DNA of 64,000 bases from an uncultured virus (IMG/VR IMGVR_UViG_3300024346_006382) (taxonomy: Duplodnaviria; Heunggongvirae; Uroviricota; Caudoviricetes). The translations under genes and the position numbers were made by a program. The stretch is from the IMG/VR virus record IMGVR_UViG_3300024346_006382. One strand, given 5' to 3'. Positions 17,015-25,582 of this stretch are shown here, one piece after another. How positions within the stretch are numbered: position 1 is the first letter of the stretch; every line of letters begins with the position of its first letter. The notes below the pieces were generated by a model. It saw nothing but the letters and a program-made list of their open reading frames with translations, did not search any database and was not told where the DNA came from.

Positions 17015-18004
17015 TTATTGTATACCTGAGGTTGAAGCTACCATTCTTGCACCTACACTTAATGGGCCACTGGCAGTTGCTGTTGCGGTATCTGTTGCAT
17101 ATGTTATTTTAGATACGGCTGTTGTATAACTATTACTAGTAGCAAACCAACCATAATCATTATTTCCTACACCCTGAGGGCCCTGTCTTACTATATTTAA
17201 CGGACCACGTACACTAGCGGTAGCAGTATCTGTAGCAAAGGTTATACGATCTACTGTACTTTTTTCATAAGGGGAGGGACTAGGGTATAAATAACCTCCC
17301 CCAAACCATCCATATGTACTGTTACTAGTTGATCCAATTTGGTTTCGTGCAGAACTTAATGGCCCTCTGGCACTAGCAGTCGCAGTATCATTTGCATAAT
17401 CTATACGGTCTATTGAAGATATTATAGGGCCGGGTAGAGAACTGCCGCCGGAAAACCAACCATAATTATCATTCCCTGTGGCGGCATAACGAGTTCGTGA
17501 TGTTGCTAATAATCCACGACTACTAGCTGTTGCGGTGTCTGTTGCATAGGTTATGCGGTCTACTGTTGATGCATCACCTACAGTTTTTAGGCCGGGCCCG
17601 TACCAACCATAATTTTGATTTCCGGTAGCTGACAAATAATATCTAGATGAACTAAGATATCCTCTAGCAGTTGCAGTTGCTGTATCTGTCGTATATGTTA
17701 TTCTATCAACTGAAGTTATAGCCATTGATGGCGCCGGAAGAGATGGATTCATACCTCCACCATACCAACCATAAGTAGTATTTCCAGCTCCGCCTGCTCG
17801 GTAGCTATTAGCACTACTTAATGGGCCTCTTACGCTAGCTGTTGCAGTATCTGTCGCAAATGTGATACGTTGTACAGTAGATAGTTGTAGATATGTTGGA
17901 GGTCCTACCCCACCAACAAACCACCCTGCAGTATTTCCAGTAGGTGGCTCAACTATTGATATCCCGCCACCTATTGTCCAACCTGGTCCTATCTCAATTG
18001 CCAT
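17015..18004 (-). CDS. Six-repeat kelch-like beta-propeller protein (YGWFGGG subtype)
   Basis: Same six-repeat pattern. Confidence 0.75.
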   Translation of the reverse strand: MAIEIGPGWTIGGGISIVEPPTGNTAGWFVGGVGPPTYLQLSTVQRITFATDTATASVRGPLSSANSYRAGGAGNTTYGWYGGGMNPSLPAPSMAITSVDRITYTTDTATATARGYLSSSRYYLSATGNQNYGWYGPGLKTVGDASTVDRITYATDTATASSRGLLATSRTRYAATGNDNYGWFSGGSSLPGPIISSIDRIDYANDTATASARGPLSSARNQIGSTSNSTYGWFGGGYLYPSPSPYEKSTVDRITFATDTATASVRGPLNIVRQGPQGVGNNDYGWFATSNSYTTAVSKITYATDTATATASGPLSVGARMVASTSGIQ

Positions 18005-18025
18005 ATATTTACCCTTATCATAGTG

Positions 18026-18045
18026 TATTTATCACACTATTTATA
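18026..18045 (-). promoter_or_regulatory. Tandem late-promoter motifs TATAAATA (18045-18038) and GATAAATA (18033-18026)
   Basis: Intergenic, upstream of the run of four propeller genes. Confidence 0.6.
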
Positions 18046-18071
18046 ACTTCTAATATGGCTTAGGACAAAAC

Positions 18072-18485
18072 TTAACCACCTAAATTTTCTGGGGCCGGTG
18101 CTAACTGTGCAAAACTAGCTAACATTGACTCAACACTACTATTGTCAAAACTCATAGCTAATACTTCAGCTTCGGTCTTACTCAATCGTGTCAACATATC
18201 ACTATTACTAGCTACACTTGCTCTATGTGCTTCATATTGTGATTGTATTTCACTAGCCCATACATTGTATGCGCCTTCACCCAAGCCATTAACTGGAGTA
18301 ATAACAGTCTCATCTGGTACAACACTCATGCAATAGTCAATACCATTACCATCTACAAACCAAAACTTAACGTCTAGTCCGTCAATTCTTGGATGTGTCT
18401 TACCATTTGGTCCCATGTTCTTATCAACAAAGAACTCTACTAAATTATCACCATCAACGTAATAATGCTTTATGTACTTAGCCAT
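18072..18485 (-). CDS. Hypothetical protein
   Basis: 137 aa, AAGGA SD, overlaps the end of the oxygenase gene. Confidence 0.7.
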   Translation of the reverse strand: MAKYIKHYYVDGDNLVEFFVDKNMGPNGKTHPRIDGLDVKFWFVDGNGIDYCMSVVPDETVITPVNGLGEGAYNVWASEIQSQYEAHRASVASNSDMLTRLSKTEAEVLAMSFDNSSVESMLASFAQLAPAPENLGG

Positions 18486-19177
18486 GTTTTTTCCTTTTTG
18501 TTAGATATAGGCTTATCAACACCTATATTGTATTTATGATTAATCATATTAGTTTCGTCTTCCATACTTGGAAATCCCTTAACTGTCATCCAATTTACTA
18601 TACTATATCTAGTTCCTTTAGTAACTGGCTCAACACCATGCAAATATTCATGCGTAGAGGGGAAACAAACTAACATTCCTGGCTCTGGACGAACTCTTAC
18701 ACGAAATTCAGGGAATACAAAATCCCCACCTTCAAAATCATCATTCAAAAACAATACTGTACTTAAATCTCTATCAGTACTTTTACGCCAAATCAATGGT
18801 TCATTGCCAGGTGGCTTCCATAATGATTCACCATCACAATGTGGCATATAATGCCCATCTACACCATAATGTAATAATTGTGGCAACTCGGAATCTTTAA
18901 CCTCAAATTCATAAAATGGATTGATAACATTGGTTACAACATTACGGAACAAATCAATAATCTCACCAGCAATATCTTCTAGGTCAAGCATCTGTGTATC
19001 TCTAACCTTCTTGTCTACACTAAACTTAGTATTTTTTGTTTGGTTACTTTGTTCTGGATCAAATACAGATAAATCAACTTTTTTCTGTCTCTTGGCATGC
19101 TCCATAATAAAAGCTACACCCTCTTTTGATATTACGTTAGGTGCAATTAATATGTTAGTTAACAAATTGTTTTTCAT
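18470..19177 (-). CDS. 2OG-Fe(II) oxygenase, prolyl-4-hydroxylase-like
   Basis: QLLHY..DGHY.PHCD, RDLSTVLFLNDDFEGG, FPS...YLHGVEPVTKGTRYSIVNW. Confidence 0.92.
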   Translation of the reverse strand: MKNNLLTNILIAPNVISKEGVAFIMEHAKRQKKVDLSVFDPEQSNQTKNTKFSVDKKVRDTQMLDLEDIAGEIIDLFRNVVTNVINPFYEFEVKDSELPQLLHYGVDGHYMPHCDGESLWKPPGNEPLIWRKSTDRDLSTVLFLNDDFEGGDFVFPEFRVRVRPEPGMLVCFPSTHEYLHGVEPVTKGTRYSIVNWMTVKGFPSMEDETNMINHKYNIGVDKPISNKKEKTWLST

Positions 19178-20991
19178 TTACTATTCCATTTGTCATTAAA
19201 CAAACTCTTTGGTGATACTTCTTGTTTAACATGTGCTGGTTTCTCATGCATTCTATCTAGTCTTTCAGTAACACCAATACGTTCAGTAATCTTTTCATTA
19301 GCTAATGCTAAGATATCACTGCTAGTTACTTCTTCAATACCAGCAACAACTTTCTTCTGTAACTCTAATAAGAACTCTACACTATGTTCACCACCACTCA
19401 ATGCTTTGCCTAAATCAGGGAAGTCATTCTTAACACGATTTACATCACCAGAAATCAATGTAGGTGCACTGGCTCTACGCATACTGTGAATGTTACCAAC
19501 ACCAATACCAGTGTTACGACTAATCATCTCATCCATAGCTTGGTTAGCTAGTCTACGTTCCCAATATACATGATCTTCATTCTCAAACTGTTCACGTGTG
19601 ATTGGACCACCATTTTGTTCTACTAATCTATCTAGTATCTTATCAAACGTAGCAATCTGTTGTACCCGATCACGGATCTCTAACTCGCTACTCTTTAAGA
19701 AGTTTTGTAGATTTAAATAATCTAAATCATACCAACACAACTTAGTACCACCATCTTTAGTTGGCCATTGAATTGGTGCTTCTTTGTCTTTCTTATTCCA
19801 CTTATAATCAAACTCACGTTGATGTTCTTTCATCTCGGTAATCTTGCTGAATAGTCCTTCTGCCATAATTCTACGATTTTTCAACATAGCATTGAAAGCA
19901 CTTGGAATTGTATAGTTATCTAGTGTGATGAACTTCTCAATTTGGAAGTTACTACGTCCTTGAGCATGTTCTTTATCTGCTTCTTCCCAGCGGAAGATTT
20001 CGTCAAATACTTGTGATAGTACTTTTTCATCGTGTACAATCTTATCACCTGTATGTGATGTTAGATTAGAGATTTCCATTTTCTTTTTCATTGTTGATCC
20101 TTTTGTTGATAGTTTGTTTAGTAGAGTATGCCATTCAATAGCAATAGTGTTCCAGTTATAGTATTCACAAGCCCAATCAGCCTGCTCTTTAGTATGAGTA
20201 TATTTAGTTTCTGATAATGCTTGGCAAATATTATCTGCAAAATCATCTAAAAACTGTGTACTTGGTATCCATCCACTTGGATGATATGTTGCATCTAATG
20301 GTACAATAGTTCCATACCCATTACTTGTTTCGGGCAATGCACCTATATCACTTAATATTGGGTAACATCCTGAACGCATTGCTTCTATCAATGTTACACA
20401 GCTTGTTTCTTCCCATATATTTGGATAAACTAATAGTGATGCATTACTAAACTCTTTAGCTAGTTGTTGATGACTTATTGGTTCATTGTAGATAGTATTT
20501 GGTGTGTTTTGTAATTCTTTGTATATTTGCTTAAACTCTTGTGTATCACTATCTCCGTATAATTTCATACCCGAGAATACTTTAAGAATAGCATCTGGAT
20601 GACATTTTAGTACTTGTTTAAAGATATAGGGTAGATATTTTAGTCCACGAAATGGTGTACTAGCGTATATAAGAGTTTTGTTTGTTTTTTGTTTATATGT
20701 AAAATAGTCTGCACCACCATTACGTATTACACTTATTTTATGTTTTGGTATCTTAAGATACTTAGTGAATTGTTGTTTTTGCCAATCACTTACACATACT
20801 ATATGTGTTATTTTAGTCCAATCAACGTTTAAGAAGATTGGTTGATCGTGGGCATAGTGTGCCCACAGTATCTTTATTTGTTTATTGCTATTGATTAATT
20901 TATGTGGGTCGTAATCTACTGAAGTATCAGTTGGGAAGTTGATATGTTCTTGTAGAAAGTGAAACCCAGATTGGGTAGCGCCAGAGATCAT
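19174..20991 (-). CDS. GT-B (GT4-like) glycosyltransferase fused to a ~305-aa helical domain of unknown function
   Basis: VSDWQK, IRNG, LIYASTPFRGL, YPNIWEETSCVTLIEAMRSGC..I.SDIGALPE in residues 1-295; distinct charged C-terminal half. Confidence 0.85.
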   Translation of the reverse strand: MISGATQSGFHFLQEHINFPTDTSVDYDPHKLINSNKQIKILWAHYAHDQPIFLNVDWTKITHIVCVSDWQKQQFTKYLKIPKHKISVIRNGGADYFTYKQKTNKTLIYASTPFRGLKYLPYIFKQVLKCHPDAILKVFSGMKLYGDSDTQEFKQIYKELQNTPNTIYNEPISHQQLAKEFSNASLLVYPNIWEETSCVTLIEAMRSGCYPILSDIGALPETSNGYGTIVPLDATYHPSGWIPSTQFLDDFADNICQALSETKYTHTKEQADWACEYYNWNTIAIEWHTLLNKLSTKGSTMKKKMEISNLTSHTGDKIVHDEKVLSQVFDEIFRWEEADKEHAQGRSNFQIEKFITLDNYTIPSAFNAMLKNRRIMAEGLFSKITEMKEHQREFDYKWNKKDKEAPIQWPTKDGGTKLCWYDLDYLNLQNFLKSSELEIRDRVQQIATFDKILDRLVEQNGGPITREQFENEDHVYWERRLANQAMDEMISRNTGIGVGNIHSMRRASAPTLISGDVNRVKNDFPDLGKALSGGEHSVEFLLELQKKVVAGIEEVTSSDILALANEKITERIGVTERLDRMHEKPAHVKQEVSPKSLFNDKWNSK

Positions 20992-20999
20992 TGGTTGTT

Positions 21000-21950
21000 T
21001 TATTGGATACCGGCTGATGCAGCCTGATTATATGCGGCCGCTGCTAAGGGACCTCTAGTACTTGCAATATCAGTATCAGTTGCATATGTAATACGCTGTA
21101 CGTTAGACAATGGGCCAGGGCCACCACCATAATAACCATATGTATTACTGCCGGTACCTGCTAGATTATATGTAGCTACCGCTAGTGGACCACGTGCAGT
21201 AGCAGTAGCAGTATCTGTTGCATATGTCATTCGGTCTATGATGGATCGTACCGTTACGCCGATGCCACCGGCAAACCAACCGTATGTAATACCATCGGTA
21301 GAAGCAGTTAGATTACGACGGGCTACACTTAAGTTACCACGTACACTTGCTACAGGAGTATCATTTGCATAATCAATACGATCCATACTTGCATATACGG
21401 TAGTACCAGGAGAGTCAATGCCGCCGGCCCACCAACCATAATTACTAGTACCAGTAGAACCCATATATCGTCTAGCTCCACTTAGTGGGCCGCGCACACT
21501 TGCAGTTGCTGTATCATTTGCATATGTAATACGATCTACCGTTGATTGCCCGGGTGAAGGATTATCCCAACCACCAAACCAACCATATGAATCATTGCCT
21601 GCACCACTTAATCCATTTCTTGATAGTACCGGTCCTCTTGTACTAGTTGCACTAGTATCACTTGCAAATGTAATGCGTTCTACTGTTGATGTTGCTGGAT
21701 AATATCCAGCGGCAACCCATCCATACGTAAATGTACTTACGGCTCCTGCACTCAACCGTGAAACTGTTAATGGGCCACGAATACTAGCAGTAGCTGTATC
21801 AGTTGCAAAAGTCACACGTTGAACATACGATGATACTGTTCCGGTACCCCCTCCTGCCCACCATCCTGCTGTTGCTTCTGATGGAGGTGCAAAAGCCATA
21901 GTCAATCCACCCCCACTAAATGTAATTCCCGCTGTAATCGTTACTGGCAT
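21000..21950 (-). CDS. Six-repeat kelch-like beta-propeller protein (YGWFGGG subtype)
   Basis: Same six-repeat pattern; GATAAATA at 21977-21970 upstream. Confidence 0.75.
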   Translation of the reverse strand: MPVTITAGITFSGGGLTMAFAPPSEATAGWWAGGGTGTVSSYVQRVTFATDTATASIRGPLTVSRLSAGAVSTFTYGWVAAGYYPATSTVERITFASDTSATSTRGPVLSRNGLSGAGNDSYGWFGGWDNPSPGQSTVDRITYANDTATASVRGPLSGARRYMGSTGTSNYGWWAGGIDSPGTTVYASMDRIDYANDTPVASVRGNLSVARRNLTASTDGITYGWFAGGIGVTVRSIIDRMTYATDTATATARGPLAVATYNLAGTGSNTYGYYGGGPGPLSNVQRITYATDTDIASTRGPLAAAAYNQAASAGIQ

Positions 21951-21981
21951 AATATATCTCTCTTTAATATATTTATCAATA

Positions 21982-22827
21982 TTATATACTAAACAGCTTG
22001 ATTTTACTCGGTTTTACAACTTCTCTCCAATACTCTAAACCAGAATATTGATTAACTAACTCATGGCCTAATATCTCTACAGGATCTAAATTCCTACTAG
22101 CTAACTTAGGTCGTACACTATGCATACCCTCTAAATTGTAAGTTACATCATCTACAGGGGTCACATTCTCAATCTTATTAAACACAAACTTATACGATGG
22201 AATGTCTAAAAAATCAACAATATCACTCAATGTTGCTTCTGGATTACTAATCAAATCATCATACTCTACCATATGCATACAGGATTTTACACTTGGATTA
22301 CTATAACCCTGATACATACTCCATAAACTCTGGTTCACAATACCAGTTGGTTGCATCAAATAATAACATCTGTTCTTAGTATTCAATTCCATACGATTGT
22401 CTACTAACCAACGGTCAATGAAGTTATCCCCTGGATTATTGCTACGATTTACTAAATCAATAAAACTAGCTAGTATAGATGGTACATCTCGTACAATACA
22501 TACAATCTTTGGTTTAGTAGTAATAAAATTACGTATTCTATCAGTATTGTTAGGCCATGCACGATTGTTATCCATAATATACTTTTTAGGTATATTCTTG
22601 TAATACTCTCTTGGCAATGATTCCAATACACTCTGTTTAGCTACTGGTTGTGGATTAGCATTATATGCTTCACTACCTTCATCAAAATATTTCTCTGTGT
22701 AATATAACAACTCTACCGTTGGGCTTAATGGGCTTACATACAAGTCTGGATGTTGGTTCATTACTGAAGCTAACATTGTTCCACCAGCTCTTGGTAATCC
22801 ACTATAGAAAAAGAATTCTTGTTTCAT
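21982..22827 (-). CDS. PAPS-dependent sulfotransferase family protein
   Basis: 5'-PSB loop SGLPRAGGTML...NQHP, 3'-PB IVRDVPSILAS, VEYDDLISNP. Confidence 0.88.
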   Translation of the reverse strand: MKQEFFFYSGLPRAGGTMLASVMNQHPDLYVSPLSPTVELLYYTEKYFDEGSEAYNANPQPVAKQSVLESLPREYYKNIPKKYIMDNNRAWPNNTDRIRNFITTKPKIVCIVRDVPSILASFIDLVNRSNNPGDNFIDRWLVDNRMELNTKNRCYYLMQPTGIVNQSLWSMYQGYSNPSVKSCMHMVEYDDLISNPEATLSDIVDFLDIPSYKFVFNKIENVTPVDDVTYNLEGMHSVRPKLASRNLDPVEILGHELVNQYSGLEYWREVVKPSKIKLFSI

Positions 22828-22828
22828 A

Positions 22829-23323
22829 TTAATTTGTCTCTGTCATCATTTGTTTCATACGTAGTTTAGTAGCTTCGGACACATTCATAGTACGTTCTAG
22901 TTCTTCATAACTCCAAGCACCATTATGCCAAAATGCACCATTATCTAAACTATAGCTTTTAGGTAGATATGCAGGATCAAAATAACTTAATAGTTCTTCA
23001 GTAGTATTAATCTTAACTACATTTTCACCAAACCATTCATAACATATTTCACTGCTAACAATGCATGGTATATGAGTATATTGTCTTTGATGAGTTAATG
23101 CAAACAATCTGGATACACCACTTGGTCCAGCATGTACCTGTTGTTCATCATGTATAATTATTTGTATTGGATCAATACGTTTAGTGTTATCCATATGTTC
23201 TAGAATTGCACCTAGATAATCATAACGACTTCTTGGATGATTTGGCATATGACACCAACCATCTTCTCCGGTTTGTGTGATACGATTTATGGGGAAGTTT
23301 GGTACAAAGTATGCCTGTTTCAT
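22829..23323 (-). CDS. Hypothetical protein, possible ParB/Srx-like domain
   Basis: IDPIQI...G.SRL.AL....THIPCIV resembles the ParB-N core. Confidence 0.5.
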   Translation of the reverse strand: MKQAYFVPNFPINRITQTGEDGWCHMPNHPRSRYDYLGAILEHMDNTKRIDPIQIIIHDEQQVHAGPSGVSRLFALTHQRQYTHIPCIVSSEICYEWFGENVVKINTTEELLSYFDPAYLPKSYSLDNGAFWHNGAWSYEELERTMNVSEATKLRMKQMMTETN

Positions 23324-23934
23324 TTTTGTTTTGTAAAGAAGAATAGCATAACCAGTCTGCCGTTATCCATACAATCACCAAAGTTATCACCATGACTGTG
23401 CCATAACAACGGATCAAACAATACTAAACGATTATACTTCATTGGGCTAGATGCATATCTTGTCCATAATGTTTTATCAAGCCCATCACCATAGATTACA
23501 TTTCTACGTAGTTCTTCATAGTTAGTGAAGCCTAAATATTTACCTTCTTCTGGTGTAGCTGGGGCACGTTCTATACCTAATCTATTATGATAGTAGAAGT
23601 GTGTACCAGATTCTGGACGACATTGATTTGGTGTATTAAGATATAGTACACCCCCTACATCCCAACCCGGATCAATATGTATATTTTGTTCAAAGGTATC
23701 AGTTGCTAAACTAATTCTAAAATAACCACAACTACTACCCTCTGCTGGTATTAAGTAATCACCCCAACGATTTTGTACCTTCTCTAGCATTTCTTGTGAG
23801 AAGTAAGATTTGTCAGAGTTTTTACCGGGATACGTATGACTATCTGGTTCTGGATAGTTTGCGTTTAATGCGTTTAATCGCATTTCATATGGATCGTCTA
23901 AGAAGTCATCAATGATTACGATATTAGTTTTCAT
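23320..23934 (-). CDS. 2OG-Fe(II) oxygenase-like protein (DUF6445-like)
   Basis: IVIIDDFLDDP, YPG, IHID, GVLYLN, SGTHFY, YNRLVLF....WHS, RLV..FF. Confidence 0.8.
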   Translation of the reverse strand: MKTNIVIIDDFLDDPYEMRLNALNANYPEPDSHTYPGKNSDKSYFSQEMLEKVQNRWGDYLIPAEGSSCGYFRISLATDTFEQNIHIDPGWDVGGVLYLNTPNQCRPESGTHFYYHNRLGIERAPATPEEGKYLGFTNYEELRRNVIYGDGLDKTLWTRYASSPMKYNRLVLFDPLLWHSHGDNFGDCMDNGRLVMLFFFTKQK

Positions 23935-24590
23935 TATTGCTCCTGAAATACATGACTACCAACGTGACATAGATTGATACTAGTATCCATCCAAGCTTGC
24001 ATACCCACACTACGTGCCCTAGTGAAGAAGCTTAAATCTTCTGGCAGATAGATATCACCCTGACGCATTTCATGGAAGTAATGATAGCTGTTATCATATT
24101 CCTGTTCAGTTGGATTATGAGTAGTGCTTTCGTTTGTTGGTATATATTTAAGTTCTGGGTATTGTTTTGCTATACGAATGAATACATCTCTGTGTATGAG
24201 ACTGAATCCAATACCTATTTTATCTATAGCAACTAAATCACCTTCACGTTGTTTTGGTTCAGTGATTGTGAAGTTCCATTTTAATGGTATAGTTTTCATT
24301 GGGTAAGCACCGCATACCATTTCTTTATTGTGATTAAGAAGTTTTAGTACATCGTCAGCTTCAAAACCAACATCGCTATCTAAGAAGAATAGATATTCAA
24401 ATTCGGTATTGTTGATGAAGAAGTTAGCGATACGGCTACGACCACGACTTATCAAGCTTTCGTTTGCAAGTGTGAGAATGCCGTGATCTATGTTATTTCT
24501 AACAAATTGTTTACCCAATTTAAAAAGGGCGTTAGTTGTTTTATCTGATACTACTCCACCGTAGCAGGGTAATCCTATTAATATTGACAT
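23934..24590 (-). CDS. GT-A (GT2-like) glycosyltransferase
   Basis: ILIGLPCYGG, SLISRGRS, YLFFLDSD (DxD), GFSLIHRDVF, PEDLSFF.R, HVG. Confidence 0.88.
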   Translation of the reverse strand: MSILIGLPCYGGVVSDKTTNALFKLGKQFVRNNIDHGILTLANESLISRGRSRIANFFINNTEFEYLFFLDSDVGFEADDVLKLLNHNKEMVCGAYPMKTIPLKWNFTITEPKQREGDLVAIDKIGIGFSLIHRDVFIRIAKQYPELKYIPTNESTTHNPTEQEYDNSYHYFHEMRQGDIYLPEDLSFFTRARSVGMQAWMDTSINLCHVGSHVFQEQ

Positions 24591-24643
24591 GTAGATATTT
24601 AATATCTTTTTTGCATGTGTAAATATTTATGTTAATTATAATG

Positions 24644-25582
24644 TTACCCGTAGGCTGCCGCCGCCGGGTCATTTCTAGCAGTTCCGACACCTGTAGTATC
24701 AGTAGCAACAACCCCGGTGTTTGATACTAGGTTTGTCATTGATACAGTGACAGATGTAATTCCATATCCAAATATAGCTCTATCGGTACCATAACTTGTG
24801 GCTGCCAAATTACTTCTAGCAGTGCCAACTCCTGTAGTATCTGTAGCAACAGTACCGGTGTTTGATACAAGATTGGTCATTGATACTACCCCACCGGCAT
24901 ATCCATATCCAAATATAGCTTTGTCAGATCCGTAACCTGCGGCAGCCAAACTACTTCTAGCAGTTCCTACACCAGTAGTATCTGTAGCAACAACACCGGT
25001 ATTTGATACTAGGTTGGTCATTGAACGGTATCCGCCACTAGAAAATCCATATCCAAAAATAGCCTTATCAGATCCGTATCCTGCTGCCTCTACATTGCTT
25101 CTAGCAGTACCAACACCTGAAGTATCTGTAGCGACAACACCGGTGTTTGATACAAGATTGGTTATTGCTGTTACTGATCCAGTAGTGCCATAACCAAAGA
25201 TAGCTTTATCAGTTCCATAATCTGCGGCCGCAAGTGCTTCTCTAGCAGTACCTACACCTGTGGTATCAGTTGCTACAACACCTGTATTTGATACTAAGTT
25301 GGTCATTGAATAGTAGGTTGATGTATAATTAGGAGATCCTGAATCGATTTGCCCATATCCAAATATAGCTTTGTCAGATCCGTAACCCGCGGCGGCCAGT
25401 CCGTATCTAGCAGTGCCAACTCCTGTAGTATTTGTAGCGACAACACCGGTGTTTGATACAAGATTGGTTATTGATAAAAACCCACCTCCGTTAGTATCCC
25501 CATATCCAAATATAGCTTTCTTACCGGTGCTAGCAGAAGCGGGTACACCATACATAAACCCACCAACTGCCGCACTAAACAT
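24644..25582 (-). CDS. Six-repeat kelch-like beta-propeller protein (KAIFGYG subtype)
   Basis: Six repeats; paralogue of 14045-14971; TAATG-coupled to the upstream fibre gene. Confidence 0.75.
   Translation of the reverse strand: MFSAAVGGFMYGVPASASTGKKAIFGYGDTNGGGFLSITNLVSNTGVVATNTTGVGTARYGLAAAGYGSDKAIFGYGQIDSGSPNYTSTYYSMTNLVSNTGVVATDTTGVGTAREALAAADYGTDKAIFGYGTTGSVTAITNLVSNTGVVATDTSGVGTARSNVEAAGYGSDKAIFGYGFSSGGYRSMTNLVSNTGVVATDTTGVGTARSSLAAAGYGSDKAIFGYGYAGGVVSMTNLVSNTGTVATDTTGVGTARSNLAATSYGTDRAIFGYGITSVTVSMTNLVSNTGVVATDTTGVGTARNDPAAAAYG

Larger units (their letters stand above)
14066..24998. repeat. 52-nt exact repeat shared between two propeller genes (14066-14117 = 24947-24998)
   Basis: Compared by eye; continues 13 more nt after one mismatch. 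Confidence 0.85.

Noticed and set aside
24611..24642. Plus-strand TTGCAT...TATAAT promoter
   Set aside because: The spacer is 20 nt, the context is very AT-rich, and no plus-strand gene lies downstream.
14045..25582. Regular ~129-nt repeats with variable inserts resembling a CRISPR array
   Set aside because: The repeats are in-frame coding units with synonymous variation, the variable parts are too short and related to each other, and no cas genes are visible.
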